From a virus (lineage: Duplodnaviria; Caudoviricetes): a DNA stretch of 41,520 nt. This document shows, piece after piece, positions 1 through 7,939 of the stretch (positions within the stretch are counted from its first letter, which is position 1; each line of letters opens with the position of its first letter). The stretch covers positions 1 to 41,520 of the IMG/VR virus record IMGVR_UViG_3300010052_000075; one strand, given 5' to 3'. Made by a program: the position numbers and the translations under genes. The notes under the pieces were generated by a model, which saw nothing but the letters and a program-made list of their open reading frames with translations, was not told where the DNA came from and ran no database searches.

Positions 1-464
1 GCCGTCGCGGCCGCCTCGGCATCGCGCGCGGCGGCGGTCTGAAACGCGGCTTGCTGGAGGGCCTCCTCCTGGCTGCGCAGCCGGCCGGCCAGTTCCGTGA
101 GCCCCTGCTGTTCGGCAGCGAGCGCGGCGGCCTCGACCTTCATCGACCGCATTTCGGCGCGGCTACGGCCGAAGGCGGCCGCATCGCGCTCAAGCTGTCG
201 CGACAGCGCCTCGCCAGCCTTTTCGACCCGCGACAGCTCGCGCGCCGCCGTCTGCGCCTCTTTCGTCGCGGCCGAGCCGAAACTGCGCATGTTGGCGGTC
301 GCACCGCCGAGATTGAGCATGTTGCCCGTCGCGCGTTCGATCGATGCCGCCTCGGCAATGATCCGGGCCTCGGCCGAATCCATCGCGGCGACCGCCTGGG
401 CGAGGCCTTCATAGGTCGGCTCGATCGCGAAGCCGACGCCTAGGGTGGGCTGGCCATCATCCAT
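1..464 (-). CDS. Tail tape measure protein, N-terminal part (runs off window)
   Basis: Not in ORF track; read manually: GGGAGG SD then ATG at 464, MDDGQPTLGVGFAIEPTYEGLAQAVAAMDSAEARIIAEAA..., open to the window edge, Ala/Glu/Arg-rich helical; lies directly after the gpG/gpT chaperone pair. Confidence 0.85.
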   Translation of the reverse strand, partial: MDDGQPTLGVGFAIEPTYEGLAQAVAAMDSAEARIIAEAASIERATGNMLNLGGATANMRSFGSAATKEAQTAARELSRVEKAGEALSRQLERDAAAFGRSRAEMRSMKVEAAALAAEQQGLTELAGRLRSQEEALQQAAFQTAAARDAEAAAT

Positions 465-515
465 CGCGAGCCTCCCTTCATGTGAAAGGGCCGCCGCCGG
501 CGGCCCCTCCATCGG

Positions 516-980
516 TCATCCCAGGATCGAGCGGAGGAGCGCGTCCTCTGTTTCGATTTCCCGCTGCGTGACGCCCATCCGAAACGGCGGCGGGCAAGTC
601 TCAGCTTCCGCGCGGCGCCCTTCGGCGATGTAGGCAAGCGAGAGCTTCCGGATGAGGCGAGCCTCCCACGGTTGGAGCCGAACGGCCGTGCTCCGCTGCC
701 AGGCGTCGATTTCGCGCCAGGACAGCGGGGCAGGGCCCATTCCGTTCGTTTCCGTGATGCCGATCTCGATCAGCCGCGCGATCACGTGCGGCATCGGGTT
801 CGGCGGCATCTGAGGCTCGATCTTCCTCCGCGTCAGGTCGTCGAGGCGGCTGATTTGCGGCAGCTTCTCGGCGGCCTGCGCGCGCCGCGACCCTTCCGGC
901 GGCTTCGGCACGGCGTGAAGCCAGGCGAGCTGCCGGACGTACAGCGTCAGGTCGCGGGCAACCCGGGCGTGAACTTTCCC
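516..980 (-). CDS. Tail assembly chaperone gpT-like frame (reached by -1 frameshift from gpG)
   Basis: Frame GKVHARVARDL... opens exactly at the slippery heptamer; contains GMGPAPLSWREIDAW...LQPWEARLIRKL typical of gpT-like chaperones. Confidence 0.8.
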   Translation of the reverse strand, partial: GKVHARVARDLTLYVRQLAWLHAVPKPPEGSRRAQAAEKLPQISRLDDLTRRKIEPQMPPNPMPHVIARLIEIGITETNGMGPAPLSWREIDAWQRSTAVRLQPWEARLIRKLSLAYIAEGRRAEAETCPPPFRMGVTQREIETEDALLRSILG

Positions 981-1387
981 CAATCGCCGACGGCCTGCGT
1001 GACCTGCTTGGCGATGAAACCGAGCTTCTTGTCGCGATACAGCGCGGCGAACAACTCGGCGCCCTGCGCGTTGCCGGCGGGCGGGTAGGCGAGATTGATG
1101 AAGCTGCGGGTCAGCGTCGCCAGGTCCTCGGCGGTCTCGCGGACGCGGTCCTCGTGCGGCGCGACGGTAATCTTGCCGTCATTTTCCTGCATGCGCTTCA
1201 CCGCGCGCGAGGACTGGCGCGATTCGACGATGCCGAATGCGTCGCTGCCCGGGCCCCAGATTTCAATCTGGACGGGCTTGGTCCGCGCCTTGTCGGCATA
1301 GAGCAGCTCGCCGGCAGCGTTCTTGACGTGGATGGTCGTCGTTTCGTCGACGGCTTCCTGGGTGATGTCGTAATTCGTGTCGGACAT
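947..1387 (-). CDS. Tail assembly chaperone gpG-like
   Basis: 146 aa between tail tube and tape measure; AAGG SD; ends just after the slip site. Confidence 0.85.
   Translation of the reverse strand: MSDTNYDITQEAVDETTTIHVKNAAGELLYADKARTKPVQIEIWGPGSDAFGIVESRQSSRAVKRMQENDGKITVAPHEDRVRETAEDLATLTRSFINLAYPPAGNAQGAELFAALYRDKKLGFIAKQVTQAVGDWGKFTPGLPAT
974..980 (-). other. -1 programmed ribosomal frameshift slippery site G GGA AAG
   Basis: gpG codons ...TGG GGA AAG...; heptamer GGGAAAG is the same as the lambda G-T slip site, correctly phased, with -1 frame open to 516. Confidence 0.88.
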
Positions 1388-1399
1388 GAAAAATACCTT

Positions 1400-1459
1400 T
1401 CGCGGTAAGGAATTGCACCGACCCGCCCGAGCAACCGCGACGCGCGGGCGGGCCGATGC
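1400..1459 (-). promoter_or_regulatory. Stem-loop/pseudoknot in gpG 5' leader
   Basis: 15-bp stem (1459-1445 with 1429-1415; two G-U pairs valid only on minus strand); loop UCGCGGU complementary to ACCGCGA (1406-1400) adjacent to SD. Confidence 0.6.
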
Positions 1460-1494
1460 CTTTGATCCGGCTCCCGGCCGGAATGGGGTTGGGA

Positions 1495-1950
1495 TTAGGT
1501 CGCGGCGACCTTGACGATCTTCGTGTCGATCTCGACCGACGGGTTTGCCATCAGGATCGTGTCGGCGCCGTCGACCGTCTCGGGGTAACCGAAAACGCGG
1601 CCCTGGAAGTACCGCTTCGCGCCGTCCGCAAGGGTGATGCGGAAGGTGTAGAGCGTCGACGTCGCGTCGGCGCTCGCGGTCCGAAGAATGGACTGTCCGG
1701 CGTCGGCGTCATCATGCGCCATCGACGGATTGAGCGAGCCATAGTCAGGCGAACCCTTGTGCTTCTGGACAGGGCCCTTCAGCGGCTTGAACTCAATCTT
1801 CGCGAAGCTGGGACCGAAGCCGCCCAACTTTTCGATCTGACCGATTTCGGTATAGGTGAGGGCTGCATAGCCGGCGGCGTCTTCCGTCGCCGGGTGCGCA
1901 ACCGAGATGGCGAGCGTCGTGCCCGCCGCGGTGGACGATCCCATATTCAT
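1495..1950 (-). CDS. Major tail (tube) protein
   Basis: 151 aa, AGGAG SD; PATEDAAGYAALTYTEIG...KHKGSPDYGSL...DAGQ motifs of siphovirus tail tube; synteny. Confidence 0.85.
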   Translation of the reverse strand: MNMGSSTAAGTTLAISVAHPATEDAAGYAALTYTEIGQIEKLGGFGPSFAKIEFKPLKGPVQKHKGSPDYGSLNPSMAHDDADAGQSILRTASADATSTLYTFRITLADGAKRYFQGRVFGYPETVDGADTILMANPSVEIDTKIVKVAAT

Positions 1951-2011
1951 TACTCCTGGTTGGCGAGCCGGACGCGCCGGCGGTTATTCAGCCCGGACGG
2001 GCGGAATGGGG

Positions 2012-2203
2012 TCAGGTGGCCGGCGGGGTTTCCTTGTCGGCCGCCTTCGGGGGCGTTTCGGTGATCAGTCCGGCCGCCAGATAGTTGGCATGGGCGCCGG
2101 TTTCGAACTCGGGCGGCTTGCCGCCGGCGAACTTGGAAAAGCTTTCGCCGGTCCCGGCGTCCGTGAAATCCTTGGTCGGATAGCCCACTTTCTTTGCACT
2201 CAT
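2012..2203 (-). CDS. Small phage structural-region hypothetical protein
   Basis: 63 aa, AGGAG SD, fills gap between tail terminator and tail tube. Confidence 0.65.
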   Translation of the reverse strand: MSAKKVGYPTKDFTDAGTGESFSKFAGGKPPEFETGAHANYLAAGLITETPPKAADKETPPAT

Positions 2204-2219
2204 CGCAATTCTCCTTCTG

Positions 2220-2618
2220 CTAAACCTCGTAAGTCACTCGAAAATCTTGGGTTTGCTCGAAGCTGTCGGCCGGGCCTTCCAGCTCGGGACCTATGCCGGC
2301 ATTGAGGATCGAGACGCGCTGGGCGCCGCCGATGTCGCCGACGCGGCCCGCGCAACACGTGACGACGAGGCCGAGGATCTTTTCGAGGTCGCGGTAGGCA
2401 ACGACGCGCGCGGTCACCGAAACGCGGTCGACCCAGCGCACGACCGAGCCGCGCTTGAGCTGCTGGCGCTCGAATCCGCTGGTGCGGCGGACGAGCAGCG
2501 CCGGGATCGTGATATTGGCGGGCAGGCGCCCGGCCTTCATGCTGTTTGCCGGGACGATGTTCGTCAGGGGGGCGTAAGCCTCGATCAGCCCGCCAATGAT
2601 GGTGACGCCCGTCGTCAT
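2220..2618 (-). CDS. Tail completion/terminator protein
   Basis: Start re-called at ATG 2618 (ATGA overlap with upstream stop); MTTGVTIIGGL...TQDFRVTYEV, size and synteny fit. Confidence 0.7.
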   Translation of the reverse strand: MTTGVTIIGGLIEAYAPLTNIVPANSMKAGRLPANITIPALLVRRTSGFERQQLKRGSVVRWVDRVSVTARVVAYRDLEKILGLVVTCCAGRVGDIGGAQRVSILNAGIGPELEGPADSFEQTQDFRVTYEV

Positions 2619-3139
2619 GCGGCATCCCCTTCGTCGGTCCCGACGATTCCCATCCGGGTTACGCGGGTGTTGATGTAGGACTGCGCCGCAGCGATCGCCT
2701 CGGCCTCGTTGAGATCCAGCGCGGGGCGCAGGAACGGATGCGGCCGCGCGCCGGGGTGCCAAACCGTGCTGCCGACGAAATGGCCCGCGATGACCAGCGA
2801 GCCTTCGCGCGCCTGGCGGTTGATCCTGCTGATGCTCATCCCGCCGCGCACGCTGTCGTCGACGCTGATAAAATGGCCCTCGGTCCCATATTCGAGCCAG
2901 GGCGCGAGATAGGCGCCGCGCCCCTGCGTTTGGATGATCGCGAGCATGCGGCCGGGCTCTTTCTTCGTCCGGACCTTGATCGAGCCGGAGACCTCCGATG
3001 AAATCGACCGGTTCCGTGCGTCGGCTGCCACCACGTCAGCGCCGGCGCGGGCGGCGCCGCGGAGAACCCTCTCTTCGAGTTCGGCGGGGAGGCGGGCGAT
3101 ATATGCCTTGACCTCCGCCTTCCCGGTGACGGTCGGCAT
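2615..3139 (-). CDS. HK97 gp10-like neck protein
   Basis: LRGAARAGA...WLEYGT...HPGARPHPFLRPALD motifs. Confidence 0.85.
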   Translation of the reverse strand: MPTVTGKAEVKAYIARLPAELEERVLRGAARAGADVVAADARNRSISSEVSGSIKVRTKKEPGRMLAIIQTQGRGAYLAPWLEYGTEGHFISVDDSVRGGMSISRINRQAREGSLVIAGHFVGSTVWHPGARPHPFLRPALDLNEAEAIAAAQSYINTRVTRMGIVGTDEGDAA

Positions 3140-3537
3140 CAGGCCGGATTGCCCGCCGTGCTGTAATGCTCCGTCATGAACTCGATCAGCTCGCGCCCGC
3201 GGTCTCGCAGGCGCGCCGGGCGCGTCGTGATCTGCATGATCCGGCCGTCGACGTCGTTGCCGTCCTCGTCGCTCAAGATCTCGACCAGGCGCATCGAGGA
3301 ATCGACGTCGGTGCGATACCGCAGGCGCACGCGCGCGGGGCCGGTCGTGACGTTGATGCCGTCGGCCAGGCGCTCGCCTCGGCTCGGCAGCATGTCCATG
3401 ATCTCCGCCGACACGATATCGGTTTGCAGCGGCTCCCAGGTGCCCGCGCCCGCACCGTCGAAAGCGTCGTCAGTGACTGGCCGTTCGATGCGAACACGGT
3501 CTTTCAGGCGGCTCGCGATCGAGCGCGAATCCTTCAC
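3139..3537 (-). CDS. Head-tail adaptor / head closure protein (SPP1 gp16-like)
   Basis: Start re-called at GTG 3537 (GTGA overlap); RLKDRVRIERP...W...RVRLRYRTDVDSSMRL. Confidence 0.8.
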   Translation of the reverse strand: MKDSRSIASRLKDRVRIERPVTDDAFDGAGAGTWEPLQTDIVSAEIMDMLPSRGERLADGINVTTGPARVRLRYRTDVDSSMRLVEILSDEDGNDVDGRIMQITTRPARLRDRGRELIEFMTEHYSTAGNPA

Positions 3538-4136
3538 AGCGTGCGGACCCGATAGTTTCCGCGATTGCACAGCGCCTTTGCGGCCTTTTCCGAGCTGTCG
3601 AAAAGTTCGCCCCCGTCGCGGTCCTCGTAAAACGCGGTGAGCATGACGAGCAGGGCGCGCTTGAGAATGCCCGGCACGTCGGCCGGATCCGCATATCCAG
3701 CGGTGAAGGTCGCCTCGATGGCGCCGGAGATCGTCGAGCGATTGGGCCAACGTTCCCCGGCGGCCGGATAGATGATGCCAGGCCGGGTCGCGGCGCGCAG
3801 CGTGGCATTCCCGATCGCCTGCGCAGTGCCAGCGCTGTCACGATAGACGATCGTCACCGGCTGATCGCCCGCGATCGGCCAGGCGCGCAATTTGGTTTGG
3901 TCGGTGAAGGCGGCCAGGCGCTCGGTCACGACGCGGCGGGTGAGCACCATGCCGGTATAGCCCTCGACCCATTCGCGCGCGTCGACGATCGCCGCCTCGA
4001 CGGCCGCGTTGTCGGCGTTTGTTTCGACCCGAAGGTGTTTCTTCGCCTCCGCCAGCGTAACGGGTTCGACCTGCGGGCCCGGATCGGGGTTGCCGCCGCT
4101 GCCGAGCAACAGGGTGGAGAGGTAGAATGCGAGCAT
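3534..4136 (-). CDS. Head-tail connector (HK97 gp6 / phiE125 gp8-like)
   Basis: EPVTLAEAKKHLRV...FTAGY...VP..LKRALLVMLTAFYEDR; GGAGG SD before ATG 4136. Confidence 0.88.
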   Translation of the reverse strand: MLAFYLSTLLLGSGGNPDPGPQVEPVTLAEAKKHLRVETNADNAAVEAAIVDAREWVEGYTGMVLTRRVVTERLAAFTDQTKLRAWPIAGDQPVTIVYRDSAGTAQAIGNATLRAATRPGIIYPAAGERWPNRSTISGAIEATFTAGYADPADVPGILKRALLVMLTAFYEDRDGGELFDSSEKAAKALCNRGNYRVRTL

Positions 4137-4137
4137 T

Positions 4138-4203
4138 TCAGCCTCCGAGGATGGAAATTGCAATGACCAAGGCCCAGGCCAATAACGCCGCGCGCCATTG
4201 CAT
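4138..4203 (-). CDS. Putative 21-aa hydrophobic micropeptide
   Basis: MQWRAALLAWALVIAISILGG*; starts in TGATG overlap with upstream gene, stops 1 nt before connector ATG. Confidence 0.45.
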   Translation of the reverse strand: MQWRAALLAWALVIAISILGG

Positions 4204-5030
4204 CACGTCCACGCCCCCGTGTTGACGCCTGCGCGCTGAAAAGCCTTGATCGTGTCGGAAATGCAGCCCTTAACGTACTGCGCCTCGGGCACTGTGAACC
4301 CCGATGCCGTCTGCATGTCATTCGGCATTGTCTTGGGGTCGATACCGAACATACACGATGCGCCGATCACACTGGCGATGTAGGAAATCTTGCCCTGCAC
4401 CATGTGAAAGGTGTCGGTGTAGAGGTCGGTGAACCAGGTCGCCGTCGGCGCGAGGCCCGCCTGCTGGTCCTGAAAGAAGCGCCGGAAGAGCTGGAGACCG
4501 GGGATTTGGCGAACGAGGCGCTTCCCCGCAGGGACGCGCACGTTGCAGTAATCCTGCGCGATATTGTATTCATTCTCAGCGTTGGCGATCCACGCGAGGA
4601 ACGTCGTCGCGTTGGCGTTGTAGACCGGCTGGAGCGTCCAGAGCAGCGTTTCACCTCCCGCGCCGGCATGGCCCTCGGCCCAAAATTTCTGCGCCCACTG
4701 ATGCAGCTTCGACGGGTCGTGGATGCCGTCCAGGTTCGGGTTGTCGCCGATATGGAGAAACTCGTAGCTGGCGAGGTTCTGCCAAGCGTAGACGCCGAAT
4801 GACGGCGGGTTGGTCATGTGCACGGTGATCGGAGCGCCGGGCGTCGTGCATTTGTCGAATAGCGGCGACACGCCAAGCTTCTGCTGGACGAGCCACTGAA
4901 TGCCGCCCTTGTTCCAGATTGGGTCGGAACCGGAGCAGCCGACGCCGATCGACGCGCCACTCGTCGGCGTCGGGACGCGAACGTTCTGGTGCCCGCTCGC
5001 CGCCGTGCTGGTCAGGATCGCGCGGGTCAT
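4203..5030 (-). CDS. SGNH/GDSL-like hydrolase (putative carbohydrate esterase)
   Basis: N-terminal GVGCSGSD (block I-like) and C-terminal LYTDTFH (DxxH) followed by Y...FGIDP; TAATG coupling. Confidence 0.55.
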   Translation of the reverse strand: MTRAILTSTAASGHQNVRVPTPTSGASIGVGCSGSDPIWNKGGIQWLVQQKLGVSPLFDKCTTPGAPITVHMTNPPSFGVYAWQNLASYEFLHIGDNPNLDGIHDPSKLHQWAQKFWAEGHAGAGGETLLWTLQPVYNANATTFLAWIANAENEYNIAQDYCNVRVPAGKRLVRQIPGLQLFRRFFQDQQAGLAPTATWFTDLYTDTFHMVQGKISYIASVIGASCMFGIDPKTMPNDMQTASGFTVPEAQYVKGCISDTIKAFQRAGVNTGAWT

Positions 5031-6307
5031 TAGGCGATCTTGATCCGGATGACGAAACGGCCTCGATAGCCATTGCCACCCAAGAAGGCCGGCGCGTTGC
5101 CGTTGCCGTTGCCCGCGCCACCGCCTGCACCAACGGCAGTCGCGGCAGCCCCGGGCGTATTGCTGCCGCTTGTATTGGTCGCGCCCGCGCCGCCGCCATG
5201 GCTCGCCGTTCCGCCCAATCCGCCGCTGCCGCCACCGCCACCGGCGATTTGCTGCGCGGTCCCGATGATGGTCGAGGATATCCCAATGCCGCCAGTGCCG
5301 GCAGGGTTGCCGCTCGCGGGGCTTGAGCCGTTCCCGCCGACGCCACCGGCACCGCCGCCACCGCCGCCCGAATTTCCTTGGCCGTTGCCGCCCGCGAAGC
5401 CCTGTCCTGACGTACCCGCCGCGCCGGTCGAACTACCACCGCGGGCACCGCCACCGCTACCGCCCGTCAACTGCGGCTTCGTATTGTCGTTGCCCCAGCC
5501 GCCTGCACCGCCACCGACAGCGGTCAGGCCCATCGCGGTACTATTTCCGCCGCTGGTCGACCGCGCGGCGCTGGTGCCGCCAGCGCCGCCAGCACCGACG
5601 ACAACGGCATAGGTGCCGGGAGTGAGTGTTGTGGTCCCGCGCAAGACGCCGCCAGCGCCGCCGCCGCCGCCCCAGACAAAGGATGTGCCGCCGCCACCGC
5701 CACCGCCTCCAGCGACCAGCTCATATTCGAGGCCGCCGCCATGGTTGACCGTGAAGCTGCCGTCGGCCGTGAACTCCCAAGCGCGCCAGGTGCCATCGCC
5801 GTCGGTGTAATTGTAGATCGTCGGCGCGCCCGTCGTGCCGGAGATACCGATCCACGAACTGGTGCTGCCAATCTGGACACGTACGGATGCGACGTTCGTC
5901 CGCTCCGCCCCATTGGCTACGACGGCGTGGAAAAACAGCTCCGTAACCCCGTCGAGGGTCGGCAGCGTCAGCGCGAAAGAGCCAGGAACCGTGCCCACCG
6001 ACCCATGCTCGACAAATCCAGTTCCTGCGATAATCGCGGCGGCACTCGGGGGCGTCAGCGACGCTGTGATGCACCAATAGAAGGTTCCGCCGAAATTGGT
6101 CGTCGCCTGGATGTCGGCCGTCGGGACTGAAGCGTCATAGACGAGCGAAAGGACGTGGCCGGAAACAGTGCCCAGATTTGTCACCGCCGCGCCGATCGGC
6201 TCGACCATCACATCTTGTTCGGCGGTCACGCCGATATTGTAGGGGAGTGCCGCCTCTGTGACCGTCCAAGTCGTGCCGCCGTCGGTGCTATAACGGAACT
6301 TTGGCAT
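5030..6307 (-). CDS. Glycine-rich fibre-like virion protein
   Basis: 425 aa; beta-rich N-half then F(T)ADGSFTV...LVAGGGGG...GGAGG...GGNGYRGRFVIR glycine-rich domain common in phage fibres. Confidence 0.7.
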   Translation of the reverse strand: MPKFRYSTDGGTTWTVTEAALPYNIGVTAEQDVMVEPIGAAVTNLGTVSGHVLSLVYDASVPTADIQATTNFGGTFYWCITASLTPPSAAAIIAGTGFVEHGSVGTVPGSFALTLPTLDGVTELFFHAVVANGAERTNVASVRVQIGSTSSWIGISGTTGAPTIYNYTDGDGTWRAWEFTADGSFTVNHGGGLEYELVAGGGGGGGGTSFVWGGGGGAGGVLRGTTTLTPGTYAVVVGAGGAGGTSAARSTSGGNSTAMGLTAVGGGAGGWGNDNTKPQLTGGSGGGARGGSSTGAAGTSGQGFAGGNGQGNSGGGGGGAGGVGGNGSSPASGNPAGTGGIGISSTIIGTAQQIAGGGGGSGGLGGTASHGGGAGATNTSGSNTPGAAATAVGAGGGAGNGNGNAPAFLGGNGYRGRFVIRIKIA

Positions 6308-6765
6308 TATGCGGCCTCCTGGAGTGTGACGGTGCCGTTGCTCTCTCGGGTCAAGGCTGGATGCCAGGGCGTGGCGAGGCTTTCGACGGTGACCGTGCCG
6401 TTCGCTTCGCGGGCGAGGACCGTGTATTCGGCGATGGCCACGACGAAGAGGGGGAAGGACTGCTCAGCCGATCCAAGGGCGTTCGTGGCGCGCACCACGA
6501 CGTTGCCACTCGTCTCGACGACCGTCTGTGCGACAACCTGACCACTGACCTGGTCCACCGTAAGGCTAGCCCCGACCGGCGCTGATACGAGAGAAAAGCT
6601 CATTCCTGCGCCGACGAACCCACCCGCTACGCCAAACGACTGCGGTCCCGAGCCGACAGTGAAATAGCGATGATCAAGCTCGCCAACCGGGATCGGCGGG
6701 CGCGCGGTGACCGTCGCCCTGCGTTTCCCGCGCCGCAGAAGAGCCTCGCCGGACCGGGCGAACAT
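6307..6765 (-). CDS. Ig/cadherin-like (He_PIG-like) domain protein
   Basis: FSLVSAPVGASLTVDQVSGQV...VVVRATNALGSAEQSF pattern; C-terminal duplicated RExNGTVT. Confidence 0.55.
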   Translation of the reverse strand: MFARSGEALLRRGKRRATVTARPPIPVGELDHRYFTVGSGPQSFGVAGGFVGAGMSFSLVSAPVGASLTVDQVSGQVVAQTVVETSGNVVVRATNALGSAEQSFPLFVVAIAEYTVLAREANGTVTVESLATPWHPALTRESNGTVTLQEAA

Positions 6766-6766
6766 T

Positions 6767-7489
6767 TTACCAGCTTACAACCGTGAGGTCGCCCGCGACG
6801 GCGCCTACCGCTCGCAAGCCGAGGGTCGGCCGATAAGGCGCCTCCCACTGTCCAGGAACGCCGCCGGCGGCTGCGGGAATATAGTCGGATTCCGCGCCGC
6901 TCGGCGGAGTGCCCGCTGTGCCCTGTGTGATGTAGATCGGCGACGACGTGTAATTGAGAATCCGGCACCCGGCCCGATTGGCGTCGGCGGCGAGCACCGT
7001 TTTTGGAGTGTCAGCCGTGATGGTCTCTTTGACCTGCGCCGGCGCGGCTTGCGTTGTGCTGACTTGGACAGAGGCAGCCCGCAACTCGGCGTTCGTGAGC
7101 GGTCCGGCAACCGTGATGTTTTCGAGGGATGCCAGCGTGGCGGCGCCCAGCTCGGTCGTTTCCAGCGCCGCAAGCGAAGCGCCGTCGAGCGCGACGGTGC
7201 CGCTCACCGGCTGGGTCGGCGGAAAATAGGTCGTGTTGCCGATCGCGGTAATGACGGCCGCGAGGCCGTCGACGACGGTCGACAGCGCGGCAAGAATGGC
7301 ATCCTGCTTTGCCGCGCTCGACGCCCCATTGGGCAGAGCAGCGACGACAGGGAGAGGGGCACCCGCCGATACGTCGATCACGGCGCCGTCGACGCCGAAC
7401 GAAATCTTCGTGCGGGGATAGTGGACGCCGCCGATTTCGTCGGTGGCAAGGACGGCGCCGGCGGCAGGCGCGGTGATGTTGTCGGCCAT
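6767..7489 (-). CDS. Putative head decoration/fibre protein
   Basis: 240 aa; N-terminal ATDEIGGVHYPRTKISFG, repeated QPVSGTV/NITVAGPL spacers, C-terminal VLAADANRAGCRILN...IYI small beta-sandwich. Confidence 0.5.
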   Translation of the reverse strand: MADNITAPAAGAVLATDEIGGVHYPRTKISFGVDGAVIDVSAGAPLPVVAALPNGASSAAKQDAILAALSTVVDGLAAVITAIGNTTYFPPTQPVSGTVALDGASLAALETTELGAATLASLENITVAGPLTNAELRAASVQVSTTQAAPAQVKETITADTPKTVLAADANRAGCRILNYTSSPIYITQGTAGTPPSGAESDYIPAAAGGVPGQWEAPYRPTLGLRAVGAVAGDLTVVSW

Positions 7490-7553
7490 CGGGTCGATCC
7501 TTCAGAAAGGGTGGGGGAGGCCGGCCCCGCCGTGCAGCGGGGCCGAGGCCGGA

Positions 7554-7880
7554 TTATTCGCCCTGCTGGGCGGCGAGGTTCTGCGCGACCAGATTTTGAA
7601 CAACCTGTTCGGTCGGCGACAGCTCCGGATGATTGAAATCGATGCGGTTCTGATCATCCGTCGCGTCAGCGCGCGGGTCGACGTCGGCCGCCGGGGGCGT
7701 TGCGGCGCCGGGATCGCCGAGGGTGGCCAGGGCCGCGTCGATCGCGTCGAGCACCGGCTTGCGCGTCTTGCCATCGGCTTCAGCCGAACGGAGTGCGGCA
7801 AGATCTTCGCGCGATTTGCCTGCGAGGCCGGATTTCACATCGGGGATGCTGCCGTCGAGCAGCGTGAGGAGATCGCTCAT
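7554..7880 (-). CDS. Post-capsid small protein (HeH/Rho-N-like helical motif)
   Basis: DLAALRSAEADGKTRKPVLDAIDAAL motif often found in the gene after the major capsid; AGGAA SD. Confidence 0.6.
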   Translation of the reverse strand: MSDLLTLLDGSIPDVKSGLAGKSREDLAALRSAEADGKTRKPVLDAIDAALATLGDPGAATPPAADVDPRADATDDQNRIDFNHPELSPTEQVVQNLVAQNLAAQQGE

Positions 7881-7939
7881 AGCAAAAGTTCCTTCGATTG
7901 TGGGAGGGTGGGGCCGGAGAATGCCCGGCCCCAGGTCGA

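Noticed and set aside
4134-4198. MARGVIGLGLG frame resembling a head-fibre anchoring peptide
   Set aside because: Frame continues as non-protein-like sequence overlapping the connector gene; the TGATG-coupled 21-aa frame is a better fit
5073-5710. Pro-rich ORF and GCC/CCG repeats
   Set aside because: Reverse complement of the Gly-rich fibre domain; not a CRISPR array or collagen repeat
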